64,000 nt of DNA from Antedon mediterranea (taxonomy: Eukaryota > Animalia > Echinodermata). The position numbers and the translations under genes were made by a program. The DNA lies in the NCBI RefSeq assembly GCF_964355755.1, contig NC_092671.1:34358304-34422303 (forward strand), given 5' to 3'. Positions 1-11,500 of this stretch are shown here, piece by piece. The notes under the pieces were generated by a model. The model had not been told where the DNA came from. It saw only the letters and a program-made list of their open reading frames with translations, and did no database searches. Position 1 is the first letter of the stretch. Each line of letters starts with the position of its first letter.

Positions 1-1052
1 GAAGGAGGAGAGGTTGAAGACTTGGAGGACCACGAAGAGAACGCTAACGACGAAAGGGCCATGCTGTTGAATACAGAGTGGTACGTACAATATAGCTTAT
101 AATGATGATGAATGAAGTAAAGTTGTAGTAATAATATAGGCTGCGCTAAACTAGGCCTATTTTTTTTTTTATTATACTGTATTATTAATATCATTAATTT
201 AATTAATTAATATAATTTATAGGCCTCTATCTCGCTAAGGCTAGTACTAGTAGAGGCCTACACTTATCCCACTTAGTAGACCTAGCTAGGCCCTAGTAGT
301 AGTACTACTAGGCCTAGGCTACACTGCAGAGTACTAGCTTTAGTCTAATAGGCCTAGGTTTATTTATTTGCTATTGATTCGCCTTTATCATTCATAATTG
401 ATTCAATGTTGTAAAAAAATCTTCATACAGTAATTAATAAATAGTAATGGCAATGCTGCAACCCCTGTCACATCATATATAACTGTAAAAACAGTGTATC
501 TGACATTCCTTGTCATTCAGGTGTATGTGTAAAAATTGTGTACCAATGCCAACAGCACGAGAGTCCATTTGCTGCCAGGAAATCGCAAAAACCAGAGAGA
601 AAATGGAGAAAGTGGAGATGAATGAAGAGTGTTTAACACGCCATCCAGGATTCAGAGAAGTCTGTTTAAATGAGTGGTGCTACAAGTAGCATACCTTTCA
701 TATAAACAGCAGTATGGCGCAATGGCTGCTTTACCCCACACTAATGAAGAGTAAGTTGAGCTGTTCTATGCATACGAATACTAGGTGCAATATGCTTTCA
801 TTCCATTTTCTTGTATCTTGTTGAACATATTGTATTTTCACAGGTAATTTGTTATAACCTGTAATTTTTAACAATGCTTTCACAGGCAGTATAGACATGT
901 TGCATACAGGAACCTGGTGAGATTCTGTTGGGGCTACCTTGGTAGGGAAAATAGAGTTGTTCTCCCGTCATGTGCAGTGAAGAAGAACCTTCCCAAACCC
1001 AGAAGAAGATGGCTACACAGGCTTTAAATTAGGCAATATTGCAGATATTTAA
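1..1052 (+). pseudogene. KolX-like Cys-rich protein (P2X7 C-terminal/ballast-like domain), frameshifted
   Basis: Exons about 1-80, 521-751 and 887-1052 read WCMCKNCVPMPTARESICCQE...CLTRHPGFREVCLNEW/LQVAYLSYKQQYG...YRHVAYRNLVRFCWGYLGRENRVVLPSCAV...GYTGFK. Frameshifts near 680 and 985. Confidence 0.8.
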
Positions 1053-3504
1053 TTTTTTTTCAAGTTGTTTATATGCTGTTTATATACGTTTTACACTACA
1101 TTACTGTATATGAAAGAAGTAAAAAAGTAACGGAAGACAATGCTATCCCTTGTTTATAATACGTTTTACAGAACATTACTGTATAATATGAAAGTAATAA
1201 AAAAGTAACAGAAGACAATGCTATCCCCTGTTTATACTGTATATATTTATAAATTAAAATGAAAAAAAAAGTAAAAAAGACAATGCTATCTCTTGTTTAT
1301 ATATGTGCTACAGTAAATTATGGAAGTAAATTGAAAAAAATTGTGGCTCTTGCTCTTGAGTCTTGCTCTACTTTGCAAACCATTAATCTGAAATTGCAAC
1401 ATCTTTATCTGGCCGAACGAAGGTTGAGCACACGGGTGGTGGTGGTGAACTTAATTCAGGAATTGAATCTGAAGAATTTTTCTTGCTACTACTGCACAAG
1501 TATAATGGTTCTGAAATAAGCACGTCAACATAAGCTGTGGTTACAAAATAAATGCAATTGTCAATAAATGAACAAAGTCATTAAACAAAATAGTATACAG
1601 CTTATCAATCAAATTTGTTTGGCTTACCAAATGTTGCATCTGTCAATAATCTTTTAAGTGTGTAGCCACCACTTTTTGCTCTTGGAAACACCAGCGAGAA
1701 CCGTTCATTTCCATCTCTATCTTTTGCTGCTGCCCTGCCAGAATGTTCATTGTAGTGTAATACAGCGAGTATTACCTAAGATACAAAATTGGATATTTGA
1801 TATTTTTATGTAAACTTTTAATATGCTACACCAATAGTAAGTGTAAGGATAAATGACAATTATAGTAGTAAGTACCTGCTTAACATGCCATTGTAGTCTA
1901 GTAGGAAGGAGGGGTTACCGTGCACCCCCATGATGTATTTTTTTAATGTACATTTTTGTATTCCTGAAGATATGTAATTAACATTTTTTGATGTTCCCAA
2001 GACGAAATATTGTCCCATGGGTTTTTTTTGGGGCCATTTTGGTGGCCATCTTGGATTTATCAAAATCATAAATATAGACGGTACTTGACAAAGACTGATC
2101 ATAGAGGTCTGATTTTGGTCTTAAATTGTTCAGAATATGCACATTTCTATGTACTATAATGAAAAGTTTTTGTTCAAAGTGGCCGTAAATACCACTTTTG
2201 ACCTTTGACCTTGTTTTTACATAAGGGTCATATCTTGGTAACCCCTGGTCATAAAGATTTTATTTTTGTCTTAAATTGTTCATAATATCCATATTTATAT
2301 TCGCTTTAATGGAACATATTTTTGAAATTTGACGGGAAATATCATTTTTGACCTTTGACATTATTGCATAACGATTTTCGCAATAATTTAGGTTATTTTT
2401 GTATTCGACCTATATCTTGACAACGAGTGATCATAGAGGTTTGATTTTGGTCTTATATTGTTCAGAATATGCACTTTCCTATGTACTATAATAAAACATT
2501 TTCATACAAAATGACCGGAAATACGACTTTTGACCTTTGACCTCGTTTTTACATAAGGGTCATATCTCGGTAACCAATGGTCATAACGATTTTATTTTTG
2601 TTTTAAATTGTTCGGAGTATCCATATTTATATTAGCTTTAATGAAACATATTTTTGAAATTTGATGGAAAATATCACTTTTGACCTTTGACATTATTTCC
2701 ACCCGAGGGTCATATCTCGGTAACCCCTGGTCATAAAGACTTTATTTTTGTCATAAATTGTTCAGAATATCTATATTTATATAACATTTAATGAAATACA
2801 ACTTTTGACCTTATTTTCACTTGAGGGCCATATCTCGGTAACAAATTTGTTTTGTCTAAGATTGTTCAAAACATACATATTTCTATCCACTCTAATGAAT
2901 ATTTATTTAAAACAATGATCATAAATGTTACTATCAATTGTCACATTTAACACCTTCCACAGAATTCTCATACAGTAAGATTTTTTCTGTTTTAAAGTAA
3001 AAATAAATTTAAAAGATGTAAATAAAATAACAACATGCTGAGAAAAAGGGAAAATTACAGACTTTATAAAAGACTTTTGAATATACATGCTATCCACTCT
3101 AATGATGATTTATCCTCAAAAACTGACAATAAATGTCATTTTTTACCTTTGACCCCTATTTAAATATAATTTACATATAATGCGAGAATTCTTAACAATT
3201 CTCAAATTAGAAAAAAGTATCTGATAAAAAATTTAAAAAAAGTGTCTGATAACACGTTTCATTACATAATTATTCATAATTAAAGGTGGCTACTTTTAGG
3301 TCTGCAAACAACTTTTATCCAATAGAATGTGTTTATTGTCCAATTGGAAGAGACAATAACAAAATTAATGTCAACATCTTCATAATCTTAATTTATTTTG
3401 GAAACAGTACTGATAGACGGCTACAAAAATACATTCTAATCAAATTCTATTCTTCATTAAATAATGGAAAATTTAGGGAAAGAAAAGGGGATAATTGTAT
3501 TTTA

Positions 3505-3905
3505 CACGTGGATGGTATTCTTGACATAACACTCGATCTGAGGACAGGGACCTTCCACCCATATACACCAAACCAATACGCCATTATATGTACATGGTGA
3601 AAGTAATCATCGGCCATCAATTACGCAATATACCACTAGCAATAAATAAACGACTCTCAAACATCTCATCCGATGAAAATTCGTTTAATGCAGCAAACAA
3701 TAGTACCAAGAAGCACTTAGAAATAATGGATATGAACATGAGCTACACCTGAACAAGCAACCAAAAAGAAAATCCGAAACAGAAACATCATTTGGTTCAA
3801 TCCTCCGTACAGCAAGAATGTAAAGACCAATATCGGACCCAAATTTTTACATTTAGTGGATAAGTGTTTCTCACAAGGCCATAATCTCCGAAAGACTTTT
3901 AATGT
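3505..3905 (+). mobile_element. Penelope-like retroelement fragment, frameshifted
   Basis: Translations LDITLDLRTGTFHPY, YVHGESNHRPSI, RLSNISSDENSFN and RNRNIIWFNPPYSKNVKTNIGPKFLHLVDKCF, typical of the PLE RT thumb/linker. Confidence 0.8.
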
Positions 3906-4450
3906 TGGCATTGATTGCTGGTGGTATCTACATTATCTAAGGTTACGCACGGTATAGTTATGATCGAACTTTAGAGGATCTGCCAGGGCCAAGGCAGGGT
4001 ACAGATAGTTTGTAATAGGTTGGTATTCCTTACAATGTGCTAAATCATATAACATTGGTTGCTGGTGGTATCTACAATATCTAAGCTAGACTAGTTGGAG
4101 GAAGAGGGTCTCTAGTCAAAATTTAGAGGGGTCTGCCAGGGCCAAGGCAATGTACAGATAGTTTGTAATAGAGGTCATTTGGTATTCCTTACAATGTGCT
4201 AAATCATATAACATTGGTTGCTGGTGGTATCTACAATATCTAAGCTAGGCTAGTTGGGAGAAGGGGGTGGTTAGTCGAACTTTAGAGAGGTCTGCCAGGG
4301 CCAAGGCAGTGTACAGATAGTCTGTAATAGGTCATTTGGTATTTCTTACAATGTGCTAAATCATATAACATTGGCTGCTGGTGGTATCTACAATATCTAA
4401 TCTAGGCCATTTGTGGGAAGGGGGGTCTCTAGTCGAACTTTAGGGTGTCT
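3905..4450. repeat. Tandem repeat, about 3.5 units of 144-159 bp
   Basis: GCTGGTGGTATCTACA.TATCTAA recurs at about 3918, 4061, 4220 and 4378, with CTGCCAGGGCCAAGGCA in the first three units. Confidence 0.85.
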
Positions 4451-4933
4451 GGCACTTGCGGTGCAGCAGACAATTAGTCTGTCGTTACCCATTTAGTATT
4501 GTATGAACACAACTTGTTCATTTGGCATTAATTTTGAGTGGTACCTCACTCAGCTATGCTATCACCATTTGTAGGCCCTCCCTCGGGGGGTCTGGTGGGC
4601 CTATTGCAGAGGACAAAATGTTTGGTGATATGATATTGGTATATAGGATGCAAATGGGCATCCCATGGTGGTGAAATTAGGTGGTATCTCTCTCATCTAA
4701 TTGGTGCCGATTTGTTAGCACCTTTCGTGTCCCCCGGTATAGACGCAGCAGGGGGTACCCGGCAGACTTCCATTTACATTGACTTCAAGTGACCGCCAAT
4801 TAACACACTTAAATAGTCAGATATTGGTACCTAGCTCATCTAACCAAATGTATCTGGGCTGCCTGTCTACAGCCATTTACTGAGTATTCAGTACAGTAAT
4901 ACAATAAATACTAAGTGGTCAGAAGATGCTACT

Positions 4934-5445
4934 AATCAATCAATCAATCATTCGATTTATATAGCGCCATTCCAACAGTCATTGCTCATGGTGCTACCAA
5001 AAATATCAGAAAATGTGAGTTTTGAGTAGTGACTTAAAGGTGTTCAATAATGATGTCTGTTTAATGTTCAAAGATAGGTGGTTCCAGAACCTACTGTAGG
5101 TCCAGCAATACTGAAAGTCCGATTTCCCAACTATGTTTGCGCCTCTGAATGTCCAGTAGCACCTGATGACTAGATCTTAGTTCTCGCTTTCTCTTATTGA
5201 TTGTCGATCATTCTGAGAGGTATTTGAGAGCGCAACTATTTATGAATCGGAGCACCAGCAGGATCTTAAATTGAACACGCAACTCCACTCCAAATACGAT
5301 CGCCTCGGTCTTTTCATTAAGCTTGAGGAAGTTTAAGCCCATCCATGTCCTAATCTCAGCAGTGCATGCTTCTAAACGTTTTACGGCGGTCAGAATCTCA
5401 GTCTGACGGGGCTTGACAGAAACATAAATTTGTATATCATGAAGT
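4934..5445 (-). mobile_element. L2/CR1-clade LINE 3' fragment with internal deletion
   Basis: ORF reads DIQIYVS...RLEACTAEIRTWMGLNFLKLNEKTEAIVFG fused to RVQFKILL. The 3' end is GCGCTATATAAAT followed by a (TGAT)n tail. Confidence 0.8.
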
Positions 5446-8400
5446 TGACCAGAAATATATCCTCTATACATTTGACCTTAGAGGGTTAGATGAAGGCACT
5501 TCCTCTTATTTGGAAATTTCCTGATGTAGGCCGTGCCAAACTGTCATTTAATCATTAAAACAAGATATCACACTAGTATGAATGAACTACAGGGGCATGG
5601 TGACAGGACAGTCTGGTCATGCAGTCCTATTCTTCCAGCCCATCTTATTGATCTAGTTGAGAAAACGACCATGGAGTTGAAAGAGTATGAAGATGATGAA
5701 CAAGAAATTGAATTTGAGGTGGACGATGACTGAACATCTATTGCAGTAACTTGATAAATGGGTTTTGAATGAGTAGTTATGTAGACCTACATATACATAC
5801 AGTAGTTTTATTTTGAAAACAGAAACATTCTTACTATATAAGAATTCTGTGAAAATTGAGGTCCTCACTCCTGGATATTCTGAACAATTTATGACAAAAA
5901 TAAAGTCTTTATGACCAGGGGTTACCGAGATATGACCCTCGGGTGGAAATAATGTCAAAGGTCAAAAGTGATATTTTCCATCAAATTTCAAAAATATGTT
6001 TCATTAAAGCTAATATAAATATGGATACTCCGAACAATTTAAAACAAAAATAAAATCGTTATGACCATTGGTTACCGAGATATGACCCTTATGTAAAAAC
6101 GAGGTCAAAGGTCAAAAGTCGTATTTCCGGTCATTTTGTATAAAAATGTTTTATTATAGTACATAGGAAAGTGCATATTCTGAACAATATAAGACCAAAA
6201 TCAAACCTCTATGATCACTCGTCAAGATATAGGTCGAATACAAAAATAACCTAAATTATTGCGAAAATCGTTATGCAATAATGTCAAAGGTCAAAAATGA
6301 TATTTCCCGTCAAACTTCAAAAATATGTTCCATTAAAGCGAATATAAATATGGATATTCTGAACAATTTAAGACAAAAATAAAATCTTTATGACCAGGGG
6401 TTACCAAGATATGACCCTTATGTAAAAACAAGGTCAAAGGTCAAAAGTGGCATTTACGGCCATTTTGAACAAAAACTTTTCATTATAGTACATAGAAATG
6501 TGCATTTTCTGAACAATTTAAGACCAAAATCAGACCTCTATGATCAGTCTTTGTCAAGTACCGTCTATATTTATGATTTTGATATATCCAAGATGGCCAC
6601 CAAAATGGCCCCAAAAAAACCCCATGGGACAATATTTCGTCTTGGGAACATCAAAAAATGTTAATTACATATCCTCAGGATTACAAAAATGTACATTAAA
6701 AAAATACATCATGGGGGTGCACGGTAACCCCTCCTTCCTACCCTACTATTGTATGAATACCCAAGCATTTTGGGTGTGAAATGTAGTATGGTTCCATGGA
6801 ACGCCTCTACTCCTGATGTTGAGCATGTGGACTTAATTTCTGAACATCCTTTCGTAGATGAGTATTTTCTAGCAGATCGCACAGCTTCTCACAAGCGTGT
6901 TGAAAATGTACACAATTATTTAAAACAACAGTACTAACAAATTATTAGTGATTTTAAAATGCAAAAAACAAATTAGTACCTGGTTGAAGCCATTTTTTTT
7001 TCTGGCATCTGGTATGGATGGGTGCATGTAGATATTCTTTAAAATGCTATTGAATCAGTTGAGCTTTATTAATTATTGATACAGTAGGCCTACATCCACT
7101 GTTGGGACCCCGACACTAAAGGCAACAATGAGATTTGTTTGGATAGAATAATGAAAATAGGCCTAGGGGCAGGGACCTACTAGACTAGGCCTAACTAGTA
7201 ATGGGAATGAATTCTTACATCCTGTCTCCGGCGTTTGACAGAACTTGTCCTTTTGCGTTTCTCCGCAGTTTCACTATTTTTATTGTTTCTTATGGTCGGG
7301 ACTGCATCGGCCTTTAAGTTTTAGCGTGGATGGTAGTCCCAATTTTCTTTTCATCATACAGGACGACTCAAAAAATCGTTTTCCACAAAGTGAACGCTGC
7401 ATATTTTAGAATATTCATTAGGGCCTAGCTAGGCCTGGTTAGGCCTAGGAAAATCGGCTCTAGTAAACTGGACAAAACGAATCCACTGGCGTCTTATTCT
7501 GGGGTTTTTTGTAAATAAAAAAAAACTTACATCATCGTTTGAAGTAAGAACACAACCACCAACGACACAATTGACTGGCATAATATCGGAAAATAATGTA
7601 AAACTTCGATGAAAATATACTCGCTCAATAGAGATACAATACAACACAATAAGATGGAGGAGATACTGTGGTGTACCACATGCAGCGCGACGGCGCGGTG
7701 CACTCTGACCGAATTTCGGACGACTACAATTAGTGACGTCACGAACTGATTGGAATGTGACATTGCCGATTTTTAGGATTTCGTCACTCACCTTAAAATT
7801 TCCTCTATTAAACATCGTTAAATATCACTTTTTTCATAAAATTTTGCAAAAAATGTTAAATATATCAATATATAGTTGTATGCAGAACGTATTTTGATGA
7901 AAAAATGCTACTTTTAAAACGTGTCATGTGATCTTTAAGATTCTTAGCAAATGTGGCCAAAGCTTTAACAAACATTTTAACAAATCCAAAACGGATGCTT
8001 TGGATGTCAGATTGCCTGGTAGGCCTATATTTATTACGCAATTTTCCACTCAACAACCCAAAAAGGAATTTTTTAAATACATGCCAGATATGAAAAAATA
8101 TGCGGTTTTGAATCCCTACATATGTCATAGCAGTTTTTGTAATTTGTTAATTTATCACATACGGATACCTTTTTATAGACTACATGACAAATCAGTGTTT
8201 TACGACAATTTATGGGTGCCAGATTTAGGGTAAAAGAATGCCAGATATTAGTTAAATTATGCCATATTTATTAGCATCAGATGGCAGGTGCCAGAAGGGT
8301 CACAGTTATGCGAAAAAACATAATTACGACAAATTTTGTCACATTGCTTGCTGCACGCTTTTGTAATCGACTTTATAGAACAAATGAACTTTCCAGCTAT

Positions 8401-8558
8401 GGTTATCATCACTTAGCTTACTGATGTTTATTATTTCTAAAGATTCATTTCCCACCTGAATATTAGAGATTGGAAAGGTGTATATACGTAAATAGCTAAA
8501 TTCATGGTGACAAATGTATGCAAAGATTAAACCTTGCATTACTTTGTACTATTTACAG

Positions 8559-11500
8559 AATTGAATAAAGCAAGACAAGAATATATAAGTGCTCTTGCAG
8601 AAAACATTGTAACAGATATTTTGCAGGATAAAAAAGAGAAGCAAAATGAGGTTAGAACAATATGATTAAGATGATCACAACTATACATTTAAACAATACT
8701 TTTGAATCAATATCTTATTGTCTTCTATTTATTATGCTATGGTTTGCAATATACAGAGGTTAAGAGAAGATGACAAGAAAAAACAAGAAAATAAAGTGAG
8801 TGGCACCATTGCTGAACCAGAAGAAGCAAGTCCAATAAATTCCTCACACAAAGGTATGCAGTCTCTTTTTTCGGCCTTACCATGTTTTAAGGTAAATCTC
8901 TTATTCAGTAGTCTTGTGTGGGTTGATTGATATCACCACACAGGTAGGTAGAATTGCAATACAGATTTTGTCAATTTGTTTTAAATAATTTTTTTTTAAT
9001 GTTTATAATATAATGTGCATAATCTTCATCATATCTCAAGTAATGTCTATTGTGTTTAATGTCCTGCAAAATAGGGGTTTGGCTGTAGTGTTAAAGCATT
9101 ATTTTCACTCCTTTCTTTAATGGGAAAAGTGTCCCCTTAATAGGAATGTTCCCTGATTATGTGTGTCCCAAATAAGTTTACCTGTAGTTAAAAATAATGA
9201 GTGCACACGTTAAACAACTTATTTATAAACATTCAAATGTCTCCATTTCTGTTTTTCTGTTCGATAGAGAAAAAAGGTGAAACATTGATTGAAAGAGTCA
9301 TAAGAGCTGTTCGGAAAAAATTCATGAGGGTTTTGCCGATGGAAAGAAAAAAAGAAAAACATCAGGTTCAAAATTCAAAAGAATTTTACAAAAGAAGAAA
9401 AAATTGATAACAGGAGGTGGAAATCTAGAACGTACCTAATACAGTTGACAAACATTTGAACATTGCCTCCTCCATCCTTCGTTTTGGTTTATTTAGTGTG
9501 TACATAATAAATGACTTCCCTAATTTCAGTTTAAATCGTTTATGTAATGTTTTTAGAGAGAACAATTAATATTAAATCTGTGGTATCAGTATTACAATTA
9601 TGTAGCAACTTGTTTAAACAAAAATTGTTTGCAGCAACATGTTAATCACCTTAGAACCTACATCGTGCTAAATGTACACAACACTTTATATTTATACAAT
9701 GTATTAAATAAATGTATATTTGATTCGATTGTTATTACATATTAAATGAAGAACCCTGGTGCTTAACTATCCTTTGGCATTGATCTGTCACTTAATCTAA
9801 TATCAATCAATTTCATGTTGTAATTGGTTATTTTGCTTATTGTATTCCCATTTTCTTTTTTACTGTATCTTTATTGTATTTTGATTTTGCTTATACAGAA
9901 ATCAAGAGAAATGGGGAGCAATATAGAGGAACATGAAGAATTTGGTAAAGTTGAATGGAATTATACATCTATTTTAAATAGAGTAGTTAAACAATAATTA
10001 TAGCAAGATTAAATCATTAAATGTATGTAAGTACATGTGAATAGGATATGTATCATATGTATAGTTTAATTTAGCATATTCATGCAATTCATTATCCACA
10101 AGTTGAGAAGTTATGAGTAACTTTATGGTGTGTATAAAATATAATTATTAGGAAAGACATTACATGCTTTAAGCATTCCATTATGAATATTGTTTAATTA
10201 AAAATTTAGCATCTTTACATGTCGACCATGCTACACCGATGACACAGGATGTTCAAGACGCGGTTCAAGACGAGGTTATGGCACGCCTTATAAACATCCT
10301 TAAAAAAAAGGAAAAGCATGAACAGAATACAATGTTAGAAAAGAGTGAAGAGTTACAAGAGACAATTGATGATCTGACTCTCAGCATCTGGGATTTTGCA
10401 GGACAAGATCTTTATTACATTACTCACCAGGTAGTCACGGTCATATAGGCTGTATATTTTTTTCTTCAAATTATTAGCCCTCGTTTATTTATTCATTTTT
10501 TTTATTTCAGACAGGAATTCAAAATTAGGACAACTTTATTCATTCATTGTGCAAAATAAATTTAAAATGCCAGTGCAGGCCTAGTTATAACTAATGCTGA
10601 TTTTATATAGTTCATGTGATATATTGCCATCCATTAAAACTCAGTAGTTCCTTAAAATTTGAAATATTGAATTGAATATTGAATATTAAAGCAGGCTAAA
10701 CTCCTATTTATACAAAAGTGAAACTTATAAAAAACATATATATAAACTGAACAGGCTCAAATATCATTTCAGAACAAAAATGAATATGTTTATTTTTTGT
10801 TCATGCGATTGTTTACATGTTTGATACAGTATTCAAATTAAGATTATGTGTAATTATTACCTAATTAGTATTTATATTCAGTTGATTTATTTTTTCTTTT
10901 TATAGATGTTCTTGGTATCCCGTGCAATTTACATCATCTGTTTCAATCTCTGTCATGACCTCAATGCACCATCTAGAGTAGAGGTTTTTCATAGAGATAA
11001 TGGGAAGGTACAGATATTTCAAACAATAATTAAATAATAGTCTCTATGCAAACTAAATTTATTTAAAGTTATTTTACTTTGAGATTATATTTTTAATAAG
11101 TGAATTTAATATTCGAGTAAGATTAACTAGCTTTAATAACTTAACTAACATGAATTGTAGTGATTATGTGTAATGATAAGATATAAAGTAAAAGTGATAC
11201 AATTATTTTTTTTGTGAATTTGTTTAAACCATATTTACTGTATCTTGCATAAGTTTACGGGGAAGTTTAGTATTTGTTATTATAACTTTATACAATTATG
11301 TAACTATTGTTTAACATTGCATAGATTTCAGATGCTGACCACTATATGACCAACTTGGATCGTGTGCTTTTCTGGTCACATTCAATCTACTCAAATGTGA
11401 CCAGTACAACAGACAATCCAGTGTCAAACCTGAAACAACTTTCACCGCCTATATTTATTGTGGGCACTCACAGAGAAAGTCTGCCAGGCAATGATGAAGA

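Larger units (their letters stand above)
1895..6747. mobile_element. Non-autonomous long-TIR element, Polinton/Maverick-like
   Basis: About 875-bp near-identical TIRs (1895-2771 and 5874-6747) with AGT...ACT termini. Target duplication ATTGT(A) at 1890 and 6748. Removing the element restores the GYSYNGMLSR frame. Confidence 0.75.
1380..7581 (-). pseudogene. Kolobok transposase remnant: N-terminal THAP domain plus C-terminal exons, catalytic middle largely deleted
   Basis: THAP exon 7581-7219 reads MPVNCVVGGC...FFLFTKNPRIRRQWIRFV...KICSVHFVENDF...LKADAVPTI. C-terminal parts read STSGVEAFHGTILHFTPKMLGYS|YNGMLSR (split by the 1895-6747 insertion), LAVLHYNEHSGR and PPPVCSTFVRPDKDVAI. Confidence 0.8.
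1..7934. mobile_element. Decayed Kolobok DNA transposon (left end outside window), probably inside an intron of ROCO-1
   Basis: Convergent KolX-like (+) and THAP-transposase (-) remnants, the usual Kolobok layout. Candidate terminus (rc) AGATCACATGACAC is followed by TTAA at 7935-7938. The partner TIR is not in the window. Confidence 0.75.

Noticed and set aside
521-1052. Host P2X7 receptor gene
   Set aside because: No channel domain is seen, it is frameshifted, and it sits within a Kolobok layout.
1860-6779. Twin ~80-aa ORFs (1860-2102 minus, 6540-6779 plus) as duplicated genes
   Set aside because: They are the two arms of a TIR, have no recognisable protein motif and run out into unrelated flank.
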